Shown one piece after another: positions 37,062 through 46,101 of a DNA stretch of 64,000 bases. Positions within the stretch are counted from its first letter, which is position 1; every line of letters begins with the position of its first letter. A program made the position numbers and the translations under genes. Source of the DNA: a virus; the IMG/VR virus record IMGVR_UViG_3300025853_000045, positions 26,953 through 90,952 of that record. One strand, written 5' to 3'. The notes under the pieces are model-generated. The model saw nothing but the letters and a program-made list of their open reading frames with translations, ran no database searches and was not told where the DNA came from.

Positions 37062-37131
37062 CCTTTCGCATGATGAACCCTTGACTCATGTTGCTCGCAT
37101 TATCGAGCGCGTCTGCAAGAACGGTGAAACT

Positions 37132-37818
37132 ATGACCGATAAGAAAAACAAAAAGAAAGAAGCACAACGATACACCCGCGAACATGATGAAACATTCCTC
37201 ACGTTCGTGACGCGTATCGTAAACACAGAAAACAAACCGATGACTGTTGATGAAATTTGCGACAAGATGGATGGAACGTCTCGTTCTGTTCGTAGCGCAG
37301 TCCTTTGGCATACATCATGTAGTGATGCTGTCCGTCGAGGATGGATTGAGAAGACGCGTTGTCCTGATGCAAAGGGGCGCAACCGTGTTCACTATCATCC
37401 ATTGACGCTACATCCGATTGGTGATGAGATTGCTCGCCCTCTCTTCACGAAGGGTGGTGCAATTGATGAGCCTCCTATCTTTGTGTATGAGAACGAGGGT
37501 ATTGACCTTGACGACCTCCCTGCTGACCCTGCTCCTGACGTTCAACTCGGCAACGATGCGATGAAGACTGTTCAAGCATGGGAAGAACTCAACGGGCAAG
37601 AGCGCGTCGCTGTTCTTCAACTGCTATCGTCTCCTGTCAAGGCGACACACACAAAGCATATCTTTGACGCTGAAGATTTGATTGATACATTGCGTGCTAT
37701 CAATCCTCGCCTCTATGAGCAAGTCCTCGATACTATTGGAGATGCGATTGATGTTGATGGAACATGGGAAGCAACACCAACAGGAAAGATGGTTTACAAG
37801 ACGGGTGTGTATCAATGA
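37132..37818 (+). CDS. Winged-HTH-like DNA-binding protein
   Basis: GGTGA RBS; KPMTVDEICDKM..TSRSVRSAV...GWIEK. Confidence 0.6.
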   Translation: MTDKKNKKKEAQRYTREHDETFLTFVTRIVNTENKPMTVDEICDKMDGTSRSVRSAVLWHTSCSDAVRRGWIEKTRCPDAKGRNRVHYHPLTLHPIGDEIARPLFTKGGAIDEPPIFVYENEGIDLDDLPADPAPDVQLGNDAMKTVQAWEELNGQERVAVLQLLSSPVKATHTKHIFDAEDLIDTLRAINPRLYEQVLDTIGDAIDVDGTWEATPTGKMVYKTGVYQ

Positions 37819-38396
37819 GTCGCGAAGAAGATTGGGGCAAGTGGACACATTTGAAAGAGGCAAAAGTAAAGTTGGATGGAGAAACCATTCCTGCATTTAC
37901 AGACCTCATAGACTTGAGCGACTATTCGCTTGAAGATAAGATTGACATACTTGAGGTATGCTATGGCGAAGAACACATCAATCAATTGATTGAGATGACT
38001 TCGACTCACACAGAAAACGCACGACAAGAACTTGGACGAGTTCAGGCTCTTGTTCTGCAACAAGATGACACATGGGACATGCTTGGCGACTGCGGTTGCT
38101 TGGGCGCGAACTGTCGAAGCGCATGGCAATGGGTTCAGAAAGCGAACGACCTATCGTGGCGTGGCGCGCATGGTGGAGACCTATGGCAAGAGGCATGTCC
38201 TCAAGCGACGTCAATGTTCTTCCACCCTGAAACAGGCGAAACATATCCGAAGCCTCAATGGGGGATGAACCCTGAATTTATCTTGCGCTTCATGGAAAAG
38301 CGATGGGGCGATACACAAGGTCAGGACTTGGACAACTTCTTGGGCGCGAACTTGGCTATTTCAGAAGGACGCAGTAATGATTGGAAGGTTGATTGA
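37815..38396 (+). CDS. Hypothetical protein
   Basis: ATGA overlap. Confidence 0.7.
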   Translation: MSREEDWGKWTHLKEAKVKLDGETIPAFTDLIDLSDYSLEDKIDILEVCYGEEHINQLIEMTSTHTENARQELGRVQALVLQQDDTWDMLGDCGCLGANCRSAWQWVQKANDLSWRGAHGGDLWQEACPQATSMFFHPETGETYPKPQWGMNPEFILRFMEKRWGDTQGQDLDNFLGANLAISEGRSNDWKVD

Positions 38397-38397
38397 A

Positions 38398-38655
38398 ATG
38401 GAATACAAGAAACGAACAGGTAAGAAACAAACGCTACGCAAAGCACGTCAAGAGATGTGCATGAGTGTCGCAGAAGTTGGTAACATATACTCATCAAGAG
38501 AACTGCTTGAGATGGTATCAGAAAAGTATCCTCACAATCAGAAAGCACCGAAGAACACATTCTCCTTAGCACAATCGTTGCGCGGTTGTGATACATGGGA
38601 GATGGTCAGAAGTTGGCCTCACAATGGACGATTTGGATGGAGGCGAGTCGCATGA
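38398..38655 (+). CDS. Small basic protein, possible HTH
   Basis: In the operon chain. Confidence 0.6.
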   Translation: MEYKKRTGKKQTLRKARQEMCMSVAEVGNIYSSRELLEMVSEKYPHNQKAPKNTFSLAQSLRGCDTWEMVRSWPHNGRFGWRRVA

Positions 38656-39146
38656 GAATCACATGTCAAACAATGAAAGGACATTACGCATGGTTGAACA
38701 ATGACAAGTGTAGCGGTTTCGTGAACGACATCACGAAGCCGACTGTCATCTTCATCCCAAAGTCAGACGAAGCGAAGTTGGAAGTCATGCTTAACGGTGG
38801 ACATACGTTCAACGAAGAAGTAAACGAACGACTCCTTACAGAAACGAACAAACCAATTGGCTCCGCGCCTGTTAGTAGTGTTCGTTTGATTACAAATCAC
38901 AGGAACGTTATGATTGGTTCGCGACTGATTGCTAAACAATGGTTGCGAACTATCAACAAATGGTATCGAAGACAGAAGGATGTTTATTCTTTCTTGACGA
39001 ATGGTCTTCCGTATGGTTTCCTACGGATTGCCTCACCCTGCAACGATTGGTGGATTATCTTAGCACCACTCGCAGACCATGACCCTCATCCGAATGGGTT
39101 CTCCCTACTCGGACTCGACCCTTTCCCTATGGAGGTATTGATGTGA
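38652..39146 (+). CDS. Hypothetical protein
   Basis: GGAGG RBS, ATGA overlap. Confidence 0.7.
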   Translation: MRITCQTMKGHYAWLNNDKCSGFVNDITKPTVIFIPKSDEAKLEVMLNGGHTFNEEVNERLLTETNKPIGSAPVSSVRLITNHRNVMIGSRLIAKQWLRTINKWYRRQKDVYSFLTNGLPYGFLRIASPCNDWWIILAPLADHDPHPNGFSLLGLDPFPMEVLM

Positions 39147-39412
39147 GCATCCCAAGAGCAAACATCTTAGGCGCGAATCAAATCATCATGTGGTGTGGAG
39201 AAATAACTGCCTTTCAATCATACAGCACAACTGTTGCTATAATGAAAAATGGTAAAACGTATCTCAACAAAGATTGTTGGAATATGTATTCACAAACCAC
39301 GAACAGATACCTGAACCAATTCTTAGGAACATCAAGCGTAAGAGAAATTCGCGAAGGTGTTGAGAGTGGTGAATACATTGTCGTTGATAATTTCGACGAG
39401 GTGAAAGAATGA
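39143..39412 (+). CDS. Hypothetical phage protein (FQSYxTxVA...YSxTTxRY type)
   Basis: GGAGG RBS; motif recurrent in small phage proteins. Confidence 0.7.
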   Translation: MSIPRANILGANQIIMWCGEITAFQSYSTTVAIMKNGKTYLNKDCWNMYSQTTNRYLNQFLGTSSVREIREGVESGEYIVVDNFDEVKE

Positions 39413-39996
39413 TTAACAATATGAAAGACGCAAAGAAAGAACTACGAGAACTACGAGACGAAGCGAACTGTGATGATGCATGTCAATGCGAACGCTATGA
39501 CAGAACCATCGACTTGATGGATGGCATGGAGAAACAATTCCGCGCATTCCTAAGTAAGGTTGCTGACCCAAAGCATTCCGATGGCGAAGGGTTAGCACAG
39601 ATACCTCAAGAAGTTCCCGACGAATACTTGAGCGATGGTGCATTGCTCGACATGATTATCGAACTCCTTGAAGGGTTCGACATAAGCATCGACCAAGAAG
39701 CAACCAAGTTGGCGAAGGTGAATGCTATCGACATAAACAAGTGGGCGAACAATGCTTTGCATGTCGCACGCTTTGGCAACAGCGCATCATCAGGAGAGCG
39801 CGCATCATACTACGGACTGCCTATGCTATACGACGCACTCATGGAACTGTCCGCACTCGACCCATACCACCGCGCGGCGGTAGCCAACTTCGTTACAGAT
39901 TGGGCGAACGGCTCGACAAAGAAGTTGTGGGAGACGCTACAACAAATGTATCACGCTCACGATTCAGAACAAGCAAATCAGAAGGTGAATCAATGA
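39409..39996 (+). CDS. Hypothetical protein
   Basis: GAGGTGA RBS, ATGA overlap. Confidence 0.7.
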   Translation: MINNMKDAKKELRELRDEANCDDACQCERYDRTIDLMDGMEKQFRAFLSKVADPKHSDGEGLAQIPQEVPDEYLSDGALLDMIIELLEGFDISIDQEATKLAKVNAIDINKWANNALHVARFGNSASSGERASYYGLPMLYDALMELSALDPYHRAAVANFVTDWANGSTKKLWETLQQMYHAHDSEQANQKVNQ

Positions 39997-40517
39997 ACAT
40001 ATTTGTATTACACGAAGACCCAAGAGAAGCCGCGCGAATGATGTGCGACAAGCATATACCGAAGATGGTTGTGGAGAGCGCGCAAATGCTCGCGAGTGCT
40101 TTGCGAACGCATGGTGCTACTGACAAAGAGATGCCACTCACACAGAAAGGCACACCATACAAGGGTGGCTATCACAATCACCCATGCACTCGATGGACGT
40201 CGATGACACAGATGAATTACACATGGCTGTTGTGGCACGCGAGAGAGTTGGCGGTGCAGTATTACCTGCGCTTCAACAAAACACATGCTTGCAGTCAAGC
40301 GATTCAAATGATGTCGGAAGACAACATGATTGACAAGATACCAATGGGGCGTCTGACCTCATTTGCTCGCGCTTTCAACAAAGAGTTGTATCCACAACTT
40401 TACGATGAGACGCAATACACAGCGGTTGAAGCATACCGCGCTTACTATTCCCTTGACAAGCGACGTTTCGCTACATGGAACAAGGGAGTATCCGCACCTG
40501 ATTGGTGGGAGGACTGA
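39993..40517 (+). CDS. Pyrimidine-dimer DNA glycosylase / endonuclease V-like protein
   Basis: MNIFVL...CDKHIPKMVVESAQML...HNHPCTRW...NYTWL...YRAYY...PDWW family signature. Confidence 0.85.
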   Translation: MNIFVLHEDPREAARMMCDKHIPKMVVESAQMLASALRTHGATDKEMPLTQKGTPYKGGYHNHPCTRWTSMTQMNYTWLLWHARELAVQYYLRFNKTHACSQAIQMMSEDNMIDKIPMGRLTSFARAFNKELYPQLYDETQYTAVEAYRAYYSLDKRRFATWNKGVSAPDWWED

Positions 40518-40521
40518 TACA

Positions 40522-40929
40522 ATGACAGACAAAAACAAAGACGACAAAAACAAAGACGACAAAAGAAACGGAGCAGGACGATTGAAAGTAATTGAGAATG
40601 CTTTGTCAAGAACAAAAACAGAAACCGCGCAAATCATTGTGCGTGCAGAAGAAGCAGAAAAGCGCATAAACATCCTGCGCGGAATACAGAAGTGTGTCGA
40701 CAGTAGTGAGCAACACGATTGGGGAATTGCTCAAGTGACGTGGAAGAACTACCCATTTGAAATTGAACAAGTCCATATTCGATGTGCGAATTGTGTTTGC
40801 TCGATGTTCGTCGGTCAAGGCGAACACTCCGACAACAAAATTTTTGCTGAACTCGACGGACTCGATGTTCCACTTGAGGAATACCTGATACCGCCCGAAG
40901 AGCGAGACGCGAAGGAGGGAGAAGAGTGA
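40522..40929 (+). CDS. Hypothetical protein
   Basis: GGAGG RBS; coiled coil and CxxC. Confidence 0.7.
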   Translation: MTDKNKDDKNKDDKRNGAGRLKVIENALSRTKTETAQIIVRAEEAEKRINILRGIQKCVDSSEQHDWGIAQVTWKNYPFEIEQVHIRCANCVCSMFVGQGEHSDNKIFAELDGLDVPLEEYLIPPEERDAKEGEE

Positions 40930-41234
40930 AATTTACAGTTGATATTTGGTTCGCACCCGAAGACATTGAAGCATACAAAGAAAGCGGAATGCTCGGTTGC
41001 GCTGATGAGGAACATCATTTTGATTCACTCGCTGAAGCATGGAAGTTCTTTACTACACCGCGCGAAGCATTTTACTTACAAATCACACACTATCCTAATC
41101 ATACACTTGATGAGTGGGGCGACGGAAACATCCTCGCAGAAGGTAAGACGGACGAATATGCCATGCTACATGCAATTGGGATGAGCGAAGACGGATTAGA
41201 ATTTGGAGAATGGCTATCGGAGGAATCAGAATGA
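40926..41234 (+). CDS. Hypothetical acidic protein
   Basis: GTGA overlap, GGAGG RBS. Confidence 0.7.
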   Translation: MKFTVDIWFAPEDIEAYKESGMLGCADEEHHFDSLAEAWKFFTTPREAFYLQITHYPNHTLDEWGDGNILAEGKTDEYAMLHAIGMSEDGLEFGEWLSEESE

Positions 41235-41428
41235 GCGAGAAAAGAGAGTATCTATTCATACTACAAGGTGAACTGACAGCATTTCAAAGGACGGTAATAG
41301 CGAAGTGGATGATGAGAAAAGCAATCCAACTCAACTTAGGAATGGCCTGTAACAACATGGAAGGCGGGGAACTGAGTTACGAAGAGATGACACATCCAAC
41401 GCAACACCCAAAGGAGGAACAACAATGA
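41231..41428 (+). CDS. Small hypothetical protein
   Basis: GGAGG RBS, ATGA overlaps. Confidence 0.65.
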   Translation: MSEKREYLFILQGELTAFQRTVIAKWMMRKAIQLNLGMACNNMEGGELSYEEMTHPTQHPKEEQQ

Positions 41429-41919
41429 CGTTCTTTGTTTTACACGAAAACCCTGTGCAAAGCGCGAACATGCTATGTTGGCTCGATTGCGAGTCCGCCG
41501 CTTTTGACGGTGCGCGCATCATTGTTTCTGCTATCAAGAGAAGCGGAGAACAAATTGACGACTTACCATTTGAGCCACTCGACGACCACCCACTTGTGAA
41601 ATGGGTTGTTATATCCAAAGAGAATGCTCGATGGCTATATCGAAACACGCGCGCCGCTTCAATCAAGTGGGGTTCTGGACACAAGATGGCAGGATACGCT
41701 GATTTGATGGAGAGGCTTAACAAGGTTGCATCTGTTATTGATAGACGCATCGAAGGAATCGCTGAAACACAAACGACGCTGTTCGGCAACATTTACATCG
41801 ACGAACAAGTCGATGTGTTGGAGTCTGTCGAATCAAACCGCGCTTACTATGAGCGAACACGAAAACACCTGACGTGGGCTGACCACGACCCAACACTCTA
41901 TGGAGATGATGAAGAATGA
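41425..41919 (+). CDS. Diverged paralogue of the pyrimidine-dimer glycosylase
   Basis: MTFFVLHENPVQSANMLC...HPLVKW...NARWL...NRAYY aligns by eye with 39993-40517. Confidence 0.7.
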   Translation: MTFFVLHENPVQSANMLCWLDCESAAFDGARIIVSAIKRSGEQIDDLPFEPLDDHPLVKWVVISKENARWLYRNTRAASIKWGSGHKMAGYADLMERLNKVASVIDRRIEGIAETQTTLFGNIYIDEQVDVLESVESNRAYYERTRKHLTWADHDPTLYGDDEE

Positions 41920-42197
41920 CATACGGAACAAAACCTAACCTGATACTCGGATACTTATGCGAGATTTACGAAGTTGGTGAGCAATTCACCGTTAAAGAAG
42001 CAGTCGACAAATTGTTTTCTTACAACCCGAACGAAAAGAAAAACCTACCGCGCAGTTATACAGGGAAGTTCATTCCCTCAAGAGTTGCACTTGGCACTTG
42101 GTTGAGGCGAGATGAACGCTTTTACAAATTCACTTACGACGAGATGGTCGAGAGTGCGAACAACATCAAAGAACAAATATGGAGGCGAATTGAATGA
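41916..42197 (+). CDS. Small HTH-like protein
   Basis: In the chain; resembles 38398-38655 and 57716-57955 in size and pattern. Confidence 0.6.
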   Translation: MTYGTKPNLILGYLCEIYEVGEQFTVKEAVDKLFSYNPNEKKNLPRSYTGKFIPSRVALGTWLRRDERFYKFTYDEMVESANNIKEQIWRRIE

Positions 42198-42541
42198 CAA
42201 GAATAAACCCACTAACAGGAAAAGAAATAGTAACATGCGTCATCTGCAAAGGTGACATCGACCACAAGACTGACCCCACAACAGGGAGAGTCTATTGGAC
42301 AGAAGGACACAACGCACAGCCCGTCGCTGATGGTCGCTGTTGTGATGTCTGCAACGCTACTGCTGTGATGACTGCAAGGCTATCGCATATCTTTGGCGAA
42401 CGCGCCGCTTCGGTTGCGAACGCTATCGCTTCCACACCAAAGCCGACACCATGCACAGCGTTTCGCAAGGGTGATGACCCACGCTACGAATGCACCTGTG
42501 CTAAGTGTCGCGCAGTATTTGAAGAAGGTGATGAACAATGA
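42194..42541 (+). CDS. Zn-finger protein (CVIC...GHNAQP..GRCCDVCN)
   Basis: Cys pattern; GGAGG RBS. Confidence 0.75.
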   Translation: MTRINPLTGKEIVTCVICKGDIDHKTDPTTGRVYWTEGHNAQPVADGRCCDVCNATAVMTARLSHIFGERAASVANAIASTPKPTPCTAFRKGDDPRYECTCAKCRAVFEEGDEQ

Positions 42542-44553
42542 ACATAACGTATGAACGATACACAGACCAATGGGGCGGTAAAATCGCCTTGAACAAGATA
42601 CCCTTCAACTTGAAGGATGAGATGAAACAACACATGAACGACGAATCCTATTGTTTCGGATGGAATGGAGCGAAAGGGTTGTGGTGGATTACAGACCGCG
42701 CGGATGTTATTGAGAAGGCTCTCAACTTCCTCGCTGAACACGACATCACAGTCGAAGGTTTGGAGTTCGATGAGACACTCGTCGAAGTATCAACCAACGT
42801 GACCGTCGCATTTTCACCGCCCGATAAGTTGAGCCTCAAGTGGGACTTCCAACCCAATTGGAAAGACATCAACGCGTCTATGAAAAGTGCATCCGCAGGG
42901 AACGCAAGGTGGAACAACAACAGCAGGGCGTGGACTATTCCTGTCGCTACGGGTATGGCTGTCGCTACTGCTGTTCGACCTCACTTCGCACCATTGGCTG
43001 ATGCCATCGAAGCGAACGAAGAAGTTCAAGCATCACACAACGAAGTTGTTCAGCGCGTCGAACTATCGAGAGCAGTCGAGACGGACATCGAATTACCTGA
43101 CGTTGAACCATTCACGTTGATGCGACCATACCAACGCGTCGCACCTATTATGTATGCAACAGGAGAGCGCAACCGTATTCTTATCGCTGATGAGATGGGT
43201 CTTGGTAAGTCGCTTCAAGCACTTGGTTGTGTCGAGTTGGCTGAACACGAACGCGTCTTGATTGTATGCCCTGCTGTTGTCAAGCACAATTGGGCGAACG
43301 AGATTGAGAAGTGGATTGGAACACACCACCGTCATGAGTTTGCTTCAACCTTCATCATCAAAGGACGGACAGGAGCAATTGACGCTATGGCGCGCTTCCA
43401 CATCATCAACTATGAGAACTTACAATACCGCGCTGAACATTTGATGGACATTGGATACGATTGCATCATCTTCGATGAAGTGCATCGCATCAAGAATCCT
43501 GACACTAAAACAACAAAGGCGTCACTCAAGATTGCAAAAGGTGTTGATGGTATCATCGCCCTTTCAGGGACGCCAATCACGAACAGACCTTATGAGTTCT
43601 TCACGACTCTCAACATGATGCTCCCTGCTACGTTCGACAACAAGTTCATGTTTGCTATGAAATACTGCAATGCGCGTAAAGTCTCGATTGGCTATGGAAA
43701 AGAAGCATGGGATTACAGCGGCGCGTCGAACATTACTGAAAGTGCTGATTCGTCCATTACTCCATTGAACCATATCTTACACGACTTCATGCTTCGACGT
43801 TCGATGGATGACCCTCGTATCGCAGGTGAGATGCCTGATTTGGTTGAGACGATTGTATCGTTCGACCTCGACGACAAAGGCGTTCAATCCTACAAACAAG
43901 TGCATAACTCATGGATGGAGGATTGGGTCAATCAGCAACAGCAGTTTGGCTCAACAGACGCGGGGTGGACATTGAACATGATGTCCTCGCTCCGTCATCA
44001 TGCAGGACGACTCAAAGTCGACGCGGCAGTTAAGTGGGCAACAACTTACTTAGAAAACAACGACAAGCCCCTCGTTGTTTTTGCGCACCACAGGGATGTT
44101 GTTGAAAGGATTGCAGAAGCAATAGACCATCACTACGACGAAGGGATGAATGTGCGCGTCATCACAGGTGAGACACCACACGACGAACGACAAATCATCA
44201 TTGAAGAGTTCCAAGCAGGAGGCTCGGAGTTCCTCATCTGTTCCACCAACGCCATGCGTGAAGGTGTGAATCTTGACTGCGCTAACACCGCCCTCTTCGT
44301 TGAGCGCGAATGGGTTCCTGCATGGGAACAACAAGCGGCGGCGCGCGTTCGACGAATGACTCAAGAAGAATCAACATGCCACAAAGTTGTGTTGTCAGCG
44401 AACGACACCATCGACGTATTGTTTGACCAAGTGGTTGCTGACAAGGCTGACCTTGTCGACAGAATCATCGACGGCTCATCGTCGAAAGAGAGTGGTGATG
44501 TTGCCAACGAACTGTTAGCCAAGTTGAAAGAAGGAAGGGGGAGTCTCATATGA
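42538..44553 (+). CDS. SNF2-family helicase (SMARCAL1/HARP-like)
   Basis: IADEMGLGKS, DEVH, LSGTP, MLRR, EGVNL and QAAARVRRM motifs. Confidence 0.92.
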   Translation: MNITYERYTDQWGGKIALNKIPFNLKDEMKQHMNDESYCFGWNGAKGLWWITDRADVIEKALNFLAEHDITVEGLEFDETLVEVSTNVTVAFSPPDKLSLKWDFQPNWKDINASMKSASAGNARWNNNSRAWTIPVATGMAVATAVRPHFAPLADAIEANEEVQASHNEVVQRVELSRAVETDIELPDVEPFTLMRPYQRVAPIMYATGERNRILIADEMGLGKSLQALGCVELAEHERVLIVCPAVVKHNWANEIEKWIGTHHRHEFASTFIIKGRTGAIDAMARFHIINYENLQYRAEHLMDIGYDCIIFDEVHRIKNPDTKTTKASLKIAKGVDGIIALSGTPITNRPYEFFTTLNMMLPATFDNKFMFAMKYCNARKVSIGYGKEAWDYSGASNITESADSSITPLNHILHDFMLRRSMDDPRIAGEMPDLVETIVSFDLDDKGVQSYKQVHNSWMEDWVNQQQQFGSTDAGWTLNMMSSLRHHAGRLKVDAAVKWATTYLENNDKPLVVFAHHRDVVERIAEAIDHHYDEGMNVRVITGETPHDERQIIIEEFQAGGSEFLICSTNAMREGVNLDCANTALFVEREWVPAWEQQAAARVRRMTQEESTCHKVVLSANDTIDVLFDQVVADKADLVDRIIDGSSSKESGDVANELLAKLKEGRGSLI

Positions 44554-44912
44554 CATTCATGAACGAATGGATTCACACATTATTTGACGGGACGCAAGTT
44601 CCGATTTCAGAACTGAGTGACAACCAAGTAAGCGACCAAGCGAATAAGATACAGCGAGCAATGGTGAGACAAATGCTACGTCTCCTTCACTTTCAACGTG
44701 AGATAAACAAACGCGGTTTGGAACATCCAAGACGCGTTGTCAACAACGATGCTTTTTCGATTGCACACATATGCACGAACATGGCAGTTAAGTCATTCAA
44801 TGAAATCCAAGAGCGCGCCAAATCACAATGCATTGAATGTGATGGTTTCGGACACATGAAAGATTTGCATGACGATTGCCCTGCGTGCGATGGGACGGGT
44901 GAGCAAGAATGA
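44550..44912 (+). CDS. Protein with a C-terminal DnaJ-type Zn finger
   Basis: CIECDGFG...CPACDGTG. Confidence 0.7.
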   Translation: MTFMNEWIHTLFDGTQVPISELSDNQVSDQANKIQRAMVRQMLRLLHFQREINKRGLEHPRRVVNNDAFSIAHICTNMAVKSFNEIQERAKSQCIECDGFGHMKDLHDDCPACDGTGEQE

Positions 44913-45103
44913 TTGCTCAAGAACCACTTGATGTCATCATCGTTCCGACTGACCAATGTCCGTGTGGAATGCACCCCGACGCGCTTGTTGACATGCTCAT
45001 CTATCGAACAGTTCCGCATGGTCTCTTCCACAAGATTGAGATTGTGTGCGACATTACTAACACAACTTACGACGCGGCACTCGTCTTTATGCCACAACAA
45101 TAA
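44909..45103 (+). CDS. Small hypothetical protein
   Basis: GGTGA RBS, ATGA overlap. Confidence 0.6.
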   Translation: MIAQEPLDVIIVPTDQCPCGMHPDALVDMLIYRTVPHGLFHKIEIVCDITNTTYDAALVFMPQQ

Positions 45104-45130
45104 ATAAGTTGCGCCTCTTCGGGGTGAATA

Positions 45131-45424
45131 ATGCCTGACTATAATCTGTCCACGTCTCATTTTGGAGATGATGGCTTCATCATTCATCCAACCGTTGGTG
45201 GCACAGACGTCACCGAAGCCGCCATCACCGACAAAGATGGCGTCGTCCATTCCATCGAAGGTTTCGACTACGCGTCACACCTTCTCGGTGATGCGATTGT
45301 ATGCACATGTGGTGAACACATCGACGCACATCAAATCGCACTTTACACCAAGAAGAGGGAATACATCATTATTCCTGCGCGCTGTTGTAAGAAGTTCCGA
45401 TGGTTCAGGAGTGATGAGATATGA
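45131..45424 (+). CDS. Small Zn-ribbon-like protein
   Basis: CTCG...CC; GGTGA RBS and a TAAATAAG box upstream. Confidence 0.65.
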   Translation: MPDYNLSTSHFGDDGFIIHPTVGGTDVTEAAITDKDGVVHSIEGFDYASHLLGDAIVCTCGEHIDAHQIALYTKKREYIIIPARCCKKFRWFRSDEI

Positions 45425-46101
45425 TACAAGACGAATGGCAACCCGAAGAGAAAGATGTTGAATGGACAAGAGAACAATTCAAACGCATGAGCGTCGGTGA
45501 CACATGGGGTGTTGCTGATGCTGTTCTGCGTAAAGATGACGACAACACACTCAAGGTCATTCAAGCGTCGCCTTCATCCATACTACCTCTTGAACGAATC
45601 AAGAAGGTGTGTGAAGTGTTGGAGGTCTCTTTCGATGTAAGCGAGGCCGAACTCATCAACGACCCTGAACGCGCGGCACAGGAAGCGGCGAAGGAATGGG
45701 TACATCCCGAAAGCGAAATCCCAATCACGAACTTTGATTTGGAGAACGCGCAATGGAATGAAGTCACACACGAAGGTATGCAGGGCGCGTGGGAAGTTGT
45801 CGTCGAACACGAATCGGACGACCCTGACAATCCTCACCGCGTCACAATGACTCCGATGGATTACCACCTCGTCGCAGGTGACGAACTCTTCTTCTCATGG
45901 CGAGGTCAAGACGGATTGGTATGGCGCGTCATTGAACGTGAAGAAATCATTGCACTCGCTGACAGCGGAACGTTTCTTGAACCTCTCGCTTTCACGAATG
46001 AAATGCTTCTCGTCATGCCAACCATGTATGAGGGTGTTGTTATTCCTCCACATTTGCGCGGTCTCATTTTCACACCTCGACCAAGAGATGAAGAAGAATG
46101 A
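45421..46101 (+). CDS. Hypothetical acidic protein
   Basis: GGAGTGA RBS, ATGA overlap. Confidence 0.75.
   Translation: MIQDEWQPEEKDVEWTREQFKRMSVGDTWGVADAVLRKDDDNTLKVIQASPSSILPLERIKKVCEVLEVSFDVSEAELINDPERAAQEAAKEWVHPESEIPITNFDLENAQWNEVTHEGMQGAWEVVVEHESDDPDNPHRVTMTPMDYHLVAGDELFFSWRGQDGLVWRVIEREEIIALADSGTFLEPLAFTNEMLLVMPTMYEGVVIPPHLRGLIFTPRPRDEEE

Noticed and set aside
36997-37064. tRNA gene
   Set aside because: Acceptor-like stem and GTTCG are present, but there are no D or anticodon arms and the stem continues for 14 bp; kept only as a stem-loop.
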